DNA of 64,000 nt from Octopus vulgaris (lineage: Eukaryota). How positions within the stretch are numbered: position 1 is the first letter of the stretch; each line of letters begins with the position of its first letter. The stretch is taken from assembly GCA_951406725.2 (NCBI GenBank), contig OX597832.1, forward strand, positions 30,256,001 through 30,320,000. The letters run 5' to 3'. The translations under genes were made by a program, and so were the position numbers. Positions 49,401-61,688 of the stretch are shown here, one piece after another. A model generated the notes under the pieces. The model searched no databases. It was not told where the DNA came from and was given only the letters and a program-made list of their open reading frames with translations.

Positions 49401-52400
49401 ACCATGCAGTCTTCACATTTAAGAGCCTCTCATAGTTGCACTTCAATGTTTTTTTCCTTTTTTAGAAATGATAAAAGCAAGTACATTGTCATCATTTTGT
49501 ATATGCTTCTCCCCAACTCCATCTGTCCAAATTAACAGTACCTTGGTAGATAAAACAATTAAGGCTATGAAGACAAGGAAAGTCCCCAGCCATCAAGAAT
49601 CACCGTAGAGATGCTTAAAATATCTAGCGGTGTTGGCTATAGTCTAGTTACCCTTATAGTTAACCAGGTGGTACATGAAGGAATCATACCCAATGAATGG
49701 TGTAGCAGCACCAAAGTCAACGGCTACAAAGGTAAAGGTGATGCATTAGATATGAATAATTACAGTTGTTGGATCAGGTAATGAAAGTCACAGACGGTCA
49801 TAGCCCAACTAATTAGGGAGACAGTTAGTTTAGACAAGATGCAGTTTGGGTTTGTACTGGGGAGGAGCACCATTGATGCTTTATTTCTGGTAAGACAGCT
49901 GCAGGAGAAATACCTAGCCAAAGATAAACCTCTGTACCTGGCTTTTGTTGACATGGAGAAAGCCTTTAACAGGGTCCCCTGATCCCTTATCTGATGATCA
50001 ATGCTGAAACTAGGGATAGATGAGTGGTTAATAAGAGCTGTTCAAGCCATGTACAGGGATGCTGTTAGTAAGGTGAGGGTTGGCAATGAATATAGTGAAG
50101 AATTCCGGGTAGGGGTCCTCCAAGGATCTGTCCTCAGCTCTCTCTTATTCATCATAGTTCTCCAGGCAATAACAGAGGAATTCAAAACTGGATGCCCCTG
50201 GGAGCTCCTCTATGCTGATGACCTTGCTCTAATAGCTGAGTCACTATCAGAACTGAAGGTGACATTTTGGTATGCTGGTATGCTCCACTGGATGTGTAAT
50301 GTCAGTGTGCATACATGACGGAGCGTAAGCACCCTGAGAGAAAAGCTGGACATAAGAGTCATCAGGTGTGGTGTACAAGAGGGATGATTGCACTGGTGTG
50401 GTCATGTGTTGCCTATGAATGAGGACAGCTGTGTGAAGAAGTGTCACACCCTAACAGTGGAGGGTATTTCTGAAAGAGGTAGACCCAGGAAGACCTGGGA
50501 TGAGGTGGTGAAGCACGACCTTCGAACTTTGGGCCTCATGGAGGCAATGACAAGCGACTGAGACCTTTGGAAATATGCCGTGCTTGAGAAGACCCAGCAA
50601 GCCAAGTGAGACCATAACCATGGCCTATGCCAGTGTAGCATAACCAGCCCATTTAAGAGTACACATCAATCATTGGACAATAAACTATTCTAGAGAAAAG
50701 TTGTTGAGTCAAGTGAAATCTTTGTCGTGGCCAATGCCAGTGGCACCCATACCAGTGGCACATAAAAAGCATAATTCGAATGTGGTCAATGCCAGTCCCA
50801 CTGGACTGGTTCCCGTACTTCTGGTACGTAAAAAGCTCCATTTAAGCATGGGCATTGCCAGTGGCACATAAAATGCACCATTCATGCATGTTCGATGCCA
50901 GTACTACCTGACTGGCCTTCATGCTGGTGGCACATAAAAAGCACCCCCTGCACTCTCGGAGTGGTTGGCGTTAGGAAGGGCATCCAGCTGTAGAAACTCT
51001 GTCAGATCAGATTGGAGCTTGGTGCAGCCTCCTGGCTTGCCAGTCCTCAGTCAAACCGTCCAACCCATGCCAGCATGGAAAGCAGACATTAAATGATGAT
51101 GATGATACTTATATGACAGTTCTTTCCGTTAGTAGTTGATCGGTTTGCATATGGGATCTTAGAATAAGGTTGATTGCCAATGGGGTGCATTCTAGCTGAT
51201 ATTATGGAAGGTAGTTGTGGTACAGGCTGGATGGTCCAATCAGGAGTAAGATATGGTTTATGTTTTGGTGTTCTCTGGTGAGAGATAAAAATAAAATAAA
51301 AAAGCAACAAAAGAGAACTTTTAACAGTTGAGTATGATAACCGAGGGTGAGTTAAGTTGATTAGGGAATTGAAATATTTTCTTCAGGATGGCATTTATCA
51401 TCATCACCATCCTTGTTTAACGCCCGCTTTCCATGCTGGCATGGGTTGGACGATTTGACTGAGGACTGGCGAACCAGATGGCTGCACCAGGCTCCAGTCT
51501 GATCTGGCAGTGTTTCTACAGCTGGATGCCCTTCCTAACGCCAACCACTCTGAGAGTGTAGTGGGTGCTTTTACGTGCCACCAGCACAGGGTCAGTCAGG
51601 TGGTACTGGCAACGACCTCACTCGAATCTTTTTACACATGCCATTGGCACAGGTGCCAGTAAGGCGACATTGGTAATGATCACGCTCGAATGGTGTCTTT
51701 TACGTAATGTTGGGAATATGTTGCTTCTCTGGGCTAAAAGACATCAAGTGATGGAAGGGAAGTATTGGACGGAATGAGAAAGGAGAGAGAGAGAGTTTAA
51801 TATAAAAGGAGATGGTTTTGCTCTCTGAAATCATCGAACACGGAGAAAGTAAACATGGTTGGAGTCAATGAAATTCCGGAAAATAATTTTGATTTTGTTT
51901 ACAAGCTGTACCATTGTCTGTTAAAACTGGGTTACCTATGTTATTCACCTGTAATCAATTCTATGACAATTTACAGTTTTTGAATTTGTTTTTGTTTCAT
52001 TGGCTTTTTTGACCTGCCTTTTACACCTGTTTGTTTGTTTTCTTGTTTGCTTAGTATTTTCTAGCTTTGTATATTCAACAGCTGCATAAACTAGTTTTAC
52101 TGCTTAATGTAGTACTTCACTGTAATAAAGTGAAAAAAGAAATAGCATTAGTAAACAGTTTTTGTGTGGTTCACAGAGCGAAACTATTAACGTTAGATAA
52201 GTTGATGTTCTGTGAATCAACAAAGCATGTTCTCACGTTAGGGACGACAAACTTGTCTGAAGCAAAAATTGATAACAATATTTGTTTGTTAAACTTTTTT
52301 GCAGCCAAGTTAAAGTCTCAGTTTTTAACCTTCTGTAAATGGGTCAGTTTTGTATGCTGAGAAATAGAACTCTCATCTTTACACAACTTTACTAAGAAAT

Positions 52401-55400
52401 AAAGGAAAGAGAGAAACTGCGACCTTTCCTTCAATTGATTTTTAGCCCAGATCAGTCACCGAATACTTAGCTCTCAACAAGTCACTCCTCTTAATTATAA
52501 TAGGTCTCATGAAGAGGTATAATTCACTGTTGTAACCAACAAAAGGGGACTCCCTAAATGTCAGAATAAAATTAATTTTATCCGATGCTTTTTCTGCCCT
52601 GGGTTACTTCCTACAATGTTGTTTCTAAATGCCACAGTCAGGTGTCTGCCAAAGCTGTGGGTTCTTCAATTTTATGCTTTACAAATTGGACGGGTTTTTT
52701 GTTCTCTTTATGTTGTTGATATATTTTATAAATATCCGCCTTATTTGGTTCTTGTTTTGTTGCAGGCGTTTTATGGTTGAGTGACTTCAAGGTTAAATTA
52801 CAGATAATTATCTGTAAAAATATGCGAGTGTCCTAATTTTCCTCTCAGTATTTGGATTTTTTTTTTTAATGCTTTCTGTCTCAAATGAGTTGATTCAGGC
52901 CCCTAGCTTTCATAGTTTCAAGGGGGATGGAGTCTGGGGTGTAAGAATACTGTAGAGAGTGATAGTGAAAGGGGAAGATAATTAGGAGGAAGGGGAGTGT
53001 GAGGGAGGCATTATGTGCCAGTGGCACATAAAAAACACCATTCGAGTGTGGTCGATGCCAGTACCACCTGACTGGCCCGCGTGCCGGTGGCACATGAATA
53101 GCACTCACTACACTCTTGGAGAAATCCCCTAATCAGATTCTGTTTTTACCACTTTATATATTTCTGTGATCCCTACCAATTTAGGATTTAATACAGACAA
53201 GTGCCCCTTCTCTTCTTCCAACAATATCTAAGTATACTGATCCACTCAATTATTGATGTGTGGGAAAACATACATAAACAGCAAAAATATTGCTATAAAT
53301 ATTGACAATCCACTATCCAAGGTTTCATTGCTTCTGAGAACAAACCTCTGCCTGAACTCCTTTCCCTGTTGTCTCTGGTAATCATGGCCATGTAAGCCCC
53401 ATATAGTGAGTGAGATCATCTCGCCATTTTGTCTCCGGTCAGCCTCTTGATCTTGTCTGTTCTCTTGTCCATTCCGTCATCCTCATTGTCCTTCAGTCAC
53501 ATGGTGTGGCCAATTCATCTGTATTTGTTCTCCTTGACAGTTCTAATGATGTCATTAACTTTCGTCTGCCGTCAAATCTAGGCGTTGGTTTTCTTGTCTC
53601 AAAGTGTGATGCTGAGCCTATTAACAAGGGATTGCATAATTAGTAGAGCATCAAATAACATGCCAACTACCCCTTAGTTATGTTGCCAAATGTTCCAAGT
53701 TCAAATCCTGCTAAAGTTGGTTATTGCATTTCATCCTTTCAGGTGTTCTAAAATAAATATTAGACATTTTCATAAATATTTATTTTTAATCTTTTCAATT
53801 CATTATTTTAGAAGGATGTAAGTGTTGAAAAAGACGATATCTTGTCTGACATTATGGGCCAAATCCACCAACCTGCTACCAACATTCTTCTGGGATCAGC
53901 CAAAAAATCAGGTTCAAGAAAGAAGTAAGACAATTTTCCCTTCAAATTTATTAATGTTATTATTATTATGTATATACATATGCATATAGGTATGTATATA
54001 AATATGTATATGTGCCGGTGACACATGAAAAATAACATTCAAGTGAGGTCGTTGCCAGTGCCACTGGACTGTCTCCTGTGCAGGTGGCACATAAAAACAC
54101 CATTTGGACGTGGCCATTACCAATACCACCTGACTGGCCCTCGTGCCGGTGGCATATAAAAGCATCCATTTCCAAAGCTGATGTTGGAGTTCACTGCAGT
54201 CCTGCTGCTTGTCAGATTCTTGCAAACCATCCAACTCATGCCAGCAGAGAAAACAGGCATTAAATGATGATGATGATATTGCTCATGCAGTGTGTATCAC
54301 GTGTACATGCATACAATATATCACCCAAAACACACACAATACACAATGTGTGTCACATATTCATGAAGTATGCAACCCGTATAAAGAGTGAAATGTCTGC
54401 AGTATTTCTGTTTGTTTTCCGTTTTAAGGTCTGCCAACAACCCCTTCAGTGTCAGCACTGTCAACACCATCACCCCAACTAAACCAAAATCCAAGCATTC
54501 ATTGAAACCCCGAAACATCATTCCTGATGAGGATTGTCTACCAATTCCAAAGAAGCCGCGTACGGAATCCTTTTCACCTGAACCTTACAAACACAAGGCG
54601 GTTGGTGAAATTTGTGAAAATCCTGCTGCGGTTAGCACCAATTCTGAAGAACCGCAGGAGACGAGTGAAGACTGGGCCGAAGAAAAGGAAAATGAGACCC
54701 TGGGTGAGAATTCCATTTTTATCTACTTTTGGAGAGTTTTCTGTAGAATTCCAAACAATATTTTAAAATTCATTTTATGAAGTTAGCTAATAGAAAAAAA
54801 AAGTAATCAATCTATATTCCAGTCACGACCTTCTTAAAGCAGATTGCTCATTATTTTAGAAAATTAGTTTTGGTAAAGTGGTAATAGGAATCTTGGCAGA
54901 AGTTTGGTAAGAAGAAAGCAGCATGATTGATAATGGTTTGGTACTGAGTGGCAGATGGTGGGCAAATACTGGATGGGAATAACTTGTTGATATTTCACAT
55001 TTAAAATCTGATGAAAAAAAAATGGATCTTTTTCTTTTTTCCAGATAAAACTGATATGGATTTAAGTGGAATCGATTTTGATGATGAGGAGGAAATGTCA
55101 GTGAAGCCTGCACCACAGTTACCAAAAAAGTAAGACATTGGCCGTTATTGTTCCCCTCTGTTTATTAGCGTGGAGGCGCAATGGCCCAGTGGTTAGGGCA
55201 GCGGACTCGCGGTCGGAGGATCGCGGTTTCGATTCCCAGACCGGGCGTTGTGTGTGTTTATTGAGCGATTCTAGCGGGGACTCAGTTGATTCCTAGCAAT
55301 ATCTCTTTTACTTTAGTCGAGCAAGTCGACTCCAGGACTTATTCTTTGTAAGCCTAGTACTTATTCTATCAGTTCCTTTTGCCGAACCGCCAAGTTATGG

Positions 55401-58400
55401 GGATGTAAACACACCAGCATCGGTTGTCAAGTGATGTTGGGGGGGACAAACATATACACACACATACATACACACACACACACATATATGACAGGCTTCT
55501 TTCAATTTCCTATTTCTTTACTACCCACAAAGGGCTACACACAGAGGGGACAAACAAGGACAGACAAACGGATTAAGTTGATTACATTGACCCCCAAGTG
55601 CGTAACTGGTACTTTATCGACCCCGAAAGGATGAAAGGCAAAGTCGACCTCGGCGGAATTTGAACTCAGAATGGCTCATCGCCTTTCAGTTTCCGTCTAC
55701 CAAATCCACTCACAAGGCTTTGGTCGGCCCGAGGCTATAGTAGAAGACACTTGCCCAAGGTGCCACGCAATGGGACTGAACCTGGAACCATGTGGTTTGT
55801 AAGCAAGCTACTTACCACACAGCTACTCCTACTATATATTAGGCTATGAATAATTAAAATATAACAGTTATTATAATAGTCCACCCTACATTGTTGTGCC
55901 ATTCAAGACATTTTATATTTCACAAACAATAAACAATGCTTCCAGTGAACTACAAAACTCTCCTAAACACTTCAACATTTTCAATGTTTCTAATAATCTT
56001 CCCTGTTTTTGTTTTTATTTGATCTCACTCTCAGAAACGAGATTCCTGACTTGGAAAGTGGATGGTCATTGGTAAATGAAACTAAGACAGAAAATTTAGA
56101 TGATTCGGTATCCATGGAGATAGACAGTTCTAAGTTGCCGTTGACAACAGATGAAAATGGAGACCAGATACTTCGCTTCTATTGGTTCGATGCCTATGAA
56201 GATATTTTCAACAAAAAAGGTGACATCATTGATTAAATACTACTAATTAAATTAATTCTTTGATCCTTACAATCCCCTCCTAACACCTGCAATGCTCTTT
56301 TTTTTTTATCTGATTTTATAAATCTTTGATTTATTCTTTTTTCTAATTAGGTGTGGTTTACCTTTTTGGTAAAGTCTGGTATGAGAGTGCAAATAGTTAT
56401 GTCAGCTGTTGTGTTGCAGTAAAGAACATAGAACGAAGAATTCGGATTCTACCAAGACCTACGGTAAGTCCCTTCATTTGTAAAACAACGTTACATTTTT
56501 ATTGTTATTAATCATTACAGTGTTGGGAAAAGTGTCTAGTGACATTTCTTCCAACATTATATTCTGAGTTCAAATGCCGCCGAGGTCGACTTTGCCTTTC
56601 AACATTTCGGGGTCGATTAAATAAGTACCAGTTACGCACTGGGGTCAATGTAATCAACTTACCCCATCCTCTGAAATTGCTGACCTTGTACCAAAATTTG
56701 AAGCCATTATTATTATTGTTAAAAAATAATTAATTTATTAATTAATCATCATCATCACCATCATTATTATTATATTGAATCTCTCGGAATTCTTTGTGCA
56801 GTTTCTGAGAAGTCAGCTGTACTGCTAACCTCCTCTGCTCTCTGAGACACTGCAATGATGTAATTGTTTCAATACTAATGCAACACAGATATCATTCATC
56901 TCCACAAACCAGACTCTTTCATCTCCCTGTCATCAACTTCTGTGGAAGACAGAACCGAAAAGCATCTAAGTTGGATGTCACAACAATCTTTTAAGCACTT
57001 TGTCCTACCCAGAGTAACCCTTATCTGAAACAGTCCCTTTCCTAGACTTAATCCTGCTATCTCCTCTCCTGTCTATCACACCCTAAACAGTTCACCAACA
57101 TTTCTGCTTAATCAGTCTACAACTTCACATATTTTCATTTTGGTGCCAGTAACGCCTGACTGGCTCCCATGCTGGTGACACATAAAAGCACCATTCGAAT
57201 ATGGTCAATACCAGTGCCCCCTGACTGGCTCCCGTGCCAGTGACATCTAAAAGGCACCATTCGAACGTAGTCAATTCCAGTGGCATGTAAAAAAAAAAAC
57301 ACCCACTACACTCTTGGAGTTGTTGGCATTAGGAAGGGCATCCAGCTGTAGAAACTCTGCCAAATTAGATTGGAGCCTGTTGCAGCTGCCTGGCTTGATG
57401 GTCCTCAGTCAAACTGTCCAACCCATGCCAGCATGGAAAGCGGACGTTAAACGATGTTGATGGTGATGATGATTTCTCTCAGTAGTTTTCTTAAACCCCA
57501 TTTTCACATTCCTGTAATCATTTAAGCTTGTTTTTGTATTCAGCGAGTGAACCTGAAAACTGGATTGGAGACAACCGAACCAATCACACTGTCTGCAGTT
57601 TATGAGGAATTCAACGAAAAAGTGGCTGAAAAATACAAAATCACAACATACAAGTCAAAGGTTCGTTGCAATAATGCAATTACAAAATAATTTTTGATTT
57701 AAGGAAATTTCTAGAATCTCTTTTAATATTTTACTGGTTTCTCTAAAATGGATGAGACAATGTTTTAGTCTTTCTAATTTCAAAATTCAATTGTTAATTA
57801 TTTTTTTTCTTTCATAACTTTGTCATTGATAAGTACCAGTAATATATTTGGGGGTTAGTACTCTTTGGTCTGCTTTGACTTCTACTTTTCAATAAGCACT
57901 ATTGAGTATCCCCTAATCCTTTCCTATCAATAATTAAAAATCCTTTGGCCTTTGAACCAGCCCTGTTTGGCCTAAATACTTTACCTGTTTTAAACCAGCC
58001 AGATATGACCTCCCATCTCAACTTTGTCATTCAAAAAATATACAAATCACTTCATCAAAGTTTCAAAGCTGTGAGATAATGCATTGCTTAATTCGAAACA
58101 ACTTGAACAAAGAAGCTTTACATTTGAGAAAATAATCCGAATGTTTAAGGTTTAATCTTGTACCAAAATAAGAAATTGTTACTTATAAAGCCATTTCTTT
58201 TTACAGAAAGTCAGCTGCAAATATGCCTTTGAATTAGAAGATGTTCCGATCAGGTCTGATTATCTTGAAGTCCGATATTCGGTAAGAATGCTATTTTACT
58301 TCAGTCTGAGACTTATTTAAGTGTTGACATTAAAATAACAATATTGATGGTCAAAGAAACGTTAGCACACTGGGTGAAATGCTAAACGGTATTTCGTCTG

Positions 58401-61400
58401 TTTTTACATTCTGAGTTCAAATTCAGCTGTGGTCGACTTTGCTTTTCATCCTTTCAGGGTCGATAAATTAAGCACCAGTTACACACTGGGGTGGATATAA
58501 TCAACTAACCCCTTCTCCTAGTGTTTAGAATAGAATAGAATGTAGATGGTCAACTTTGTGATGGAAAAATATATTTTCCTACATGTGTTTTTAAGAAATG
58601 TGGTGGAAAACTAGGAAGGCAGGAGCAGCTGTGGTGTGGTAAGTAGCTTGCTTACCAACCACATGGTTCCGGGTTCAGTCTCACTGCGAGGCAGCTTGGA
58701 CAAGTGTCTTCTACTATAGCCTCGGGCCGACCAAAGCCTTGTGAGTAAATGTATATATATAAATATATATATGTATGTATGTATGTTTGTCTGTCTGTCC
58801 CCACCAACATTGCTCGACAACTGATGCTGGTGTGTTTATGTCCCCGTAACTTAGCGGTTTGGCAAAAGAGACCGATAGAATAAGTACTAGGCTTAGAAAG
58901 AATAAGTCTTGGGTCGATTTGCTCGACTAAAGGCGGTGCTCCAGCATGGTCACAGTCAAATGACTGAAACGAGTAAAAGAGAGTATGCAACAGGGTATTG
59001 GTTGTGGTACGGTAGTGTTTATTGGTGTAGTGGGTACAGTGCACATTGATGTTTAGGCTATAGTAGTGGGGTGTTTTGGGATGGGGTGTGCCATAGTGCT
59101 GTGTACTGATGCTTCCTTCTTTTATCGACAGTTTGATTTACCAATGTTGAATAAAGACTTAAAAGGAGAAACATTCAGCCATATTTTTGGAACCAATACT
59201 TCTGGGTAAGTCTGAGTTCTGTGTTAAATAATATTGCCGTGAGTCAGCACTTTGAGGAACCAGTGGTGTTCATTCAGATTGTTAGACATCATCATCATCA
59301 TCAATACCATCATCATGATTGCCAACTCCATCAAAACATCACCAACCATCTTCATCGCCTTCATCAACACCATCACCATTATCAGTGTTCATATTGAATA
59401 TTTAGCCCTGGCCAATCATGTTTATTAGGGTTAAATATTCAATTTGACTGACCAGGATTGGCCAGGGCTAAATATGATTGATCATGATTGACCTGATATA
59501 CTGCATCCTTTGTTCTGTAACTTAGCAGTCCAACAAATAGAGATTGAGCATTGTGAGTAAGGCAGTGCTCTGGCATGGCCACTCAAAAAGTCAGTTAATT
59601 AGTAATTAAAATGTTGTTTAGCCCTGGTCAATCCTATTCAATCATATTGAATATTTAGTCCTGGCCAATCCTGGTCGGTCATATTGAATATTTAGCCCTG
59701 GCCAATTAATTAGTAATTACAAATGTTATTGTTTAACTCTTACCAACCCTAATCAATCATATTGAATATTTATGCACTAAATTTCTCCAAACACAATAGC
59801 TGGACAGTGTCCCTTTAAAATAGTTTTGTCTTATTGAGTAAACCACACTGCTTTGTTGGGGTTTCACTGTGGTAATTAGTGTCATCAAACAAATTCCATC
59901 TTGATGAATAATTCAGAGAAACTAAACTGAATTGCAGCAATATCAGTGTAATTAGTAACTCTGTGTGTGTGGGTTTTTTTTTTTTTTTGCATTAATAAAC
60001 ATGTTATCTAATAGGTAGTGGGGCTCCAAAAGGGGTCTCAGGGAGTAGCATCCCTGCCTTCCGGAGCTAGTTTTCCACCATATTTCTTAAAAACCTGTGG
60101 TAGAGGCCTTGGTCTAGGGGAGCATTCATGTCTAGAAACTGAAGTTAGGGGTAAGCAAGGGCATGGTCGCCGTAGAAAATCCAGCTCCAAAAAAGCCTCA
60201 TGATAGCAAAGAATGGGCATCAGCCAGCCCAAAGGTTGGGGTGGGCTGCACCTGCCTATCCCTGTTGCTATGACATTGAGGTAGATCCAGCCACCCACAT
60301 TAATGGGGACAAAAACTAGATGATGATGAGGGAAACATTATCTAATCACTAAACCAAAGTTATTCTAATCATTTTGCTAAACTTTGTGAATGTCTACAAT
60401 TTTCCGTTTTTGATTTCGTTTTTGTTTTTCTTCTTTCCCCAGGCTTGAAATACTCTTACTGGACCGTCACATGAAGGGTCCCTGTTGGCTAAATTTGAAA
60501 TCCCCTCGTAAGTAAATTCCACGTCATCAACAGAAGCAGCTGGTTGTGTTTACAACTGAACTTGTTTACTTATAATTTGTGTGGTTTTGTTTTTGTAATC
60601 TGATAGTTCTAGGTTCAATCCCAGTGTTTGCTACTTTGGACAAATATCCTCTAATATAACCTTGGGTCGACTAACCCTTTGTAAGTGGAAACTGTGTGGA
60701 AGCACATCATATGTGTTTGTATTTACAGCTGTTTAAAAACTGCTGATATGCTGCATCCTTTGTTCTGTAACTTAGCAGTCCAACAAATAGCGATTGAGCA
60801 TTGTGGGTCAGGCAGTGCTCAGGCATGGCCACTCAAGAAGTCAATTAGTAATTAAAAATATTGTTGTTTAGCCCTGGCCAATCATACACACAGGTGTGTG
60901 TTACTTTCTCCTTGCCTTGACATCACATAAACAGGTGCCACTGCCGTGCAAGTGATGTCCTTCATTTCCAGTTTTCCATGAAAATCATGTTTGGTCATAG
61001 AGGAACATTACCTTATTTGGACACAGGTGAGGGTTGGCAACAGGAGGGCATCTAGCTGCAGAAAATCTACCTTGACATTCTGTCTGACCCATGCCAGCAT
61101 TGAAAAGTGGACGTTAAACCAATGACATGATGAACGCCTTTTATTTTTTTCATCAGAAGATTCTTCGATTTTTGAGGAATTTATAAAATCATTTTAGAAT
61201 TATAAGATAATTCTAATATTCAGAACTCTCGGGTAAACTAGATTATTTTTCTTTGTATTTTCAGAAGTTTCAAGCCCTCCTGTCAGCTGGTGTAAATGTG
61301 AGGTAAAACACATTCTTGATATAAACATTTTCCTCTTTAGTTCTTGGAATCGGTGTTCTGCAACTTGATCCATTTATTGTACTAATTCTAGAATCACTAA

Positions 61401-61657
61401 TTAGAAATAACAGATAGAAATTAATAGATTTTCTGCTTTTTGTTAATTTAATGATAATTGTTTTTGGTTAACTTTGGTAGATTTTGGAAAAATGAGAAAA
61501 AGGATAATGGAATTCTGCAAATAAAAATTAAATTTTGTCAGTGAACAGGTCGCGGCCTCAAAGCAATGAAAATATTTTGGCAAATTAAATTTAAATGTTG
61601 AAGTGAATCTAACGGTCTTTTGTGTGCTTTTAAATGGCTTATAAACACCTTCCACGC

Positions 61658-61688
<31 letters not shown>

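Noticed and set aside
52200-52262. Possible intronic C/D snoRNA (TTGATGT...CTGA)
   Set aside because: C box has two mismatches, no terminal stem and no recognisable guide sequence
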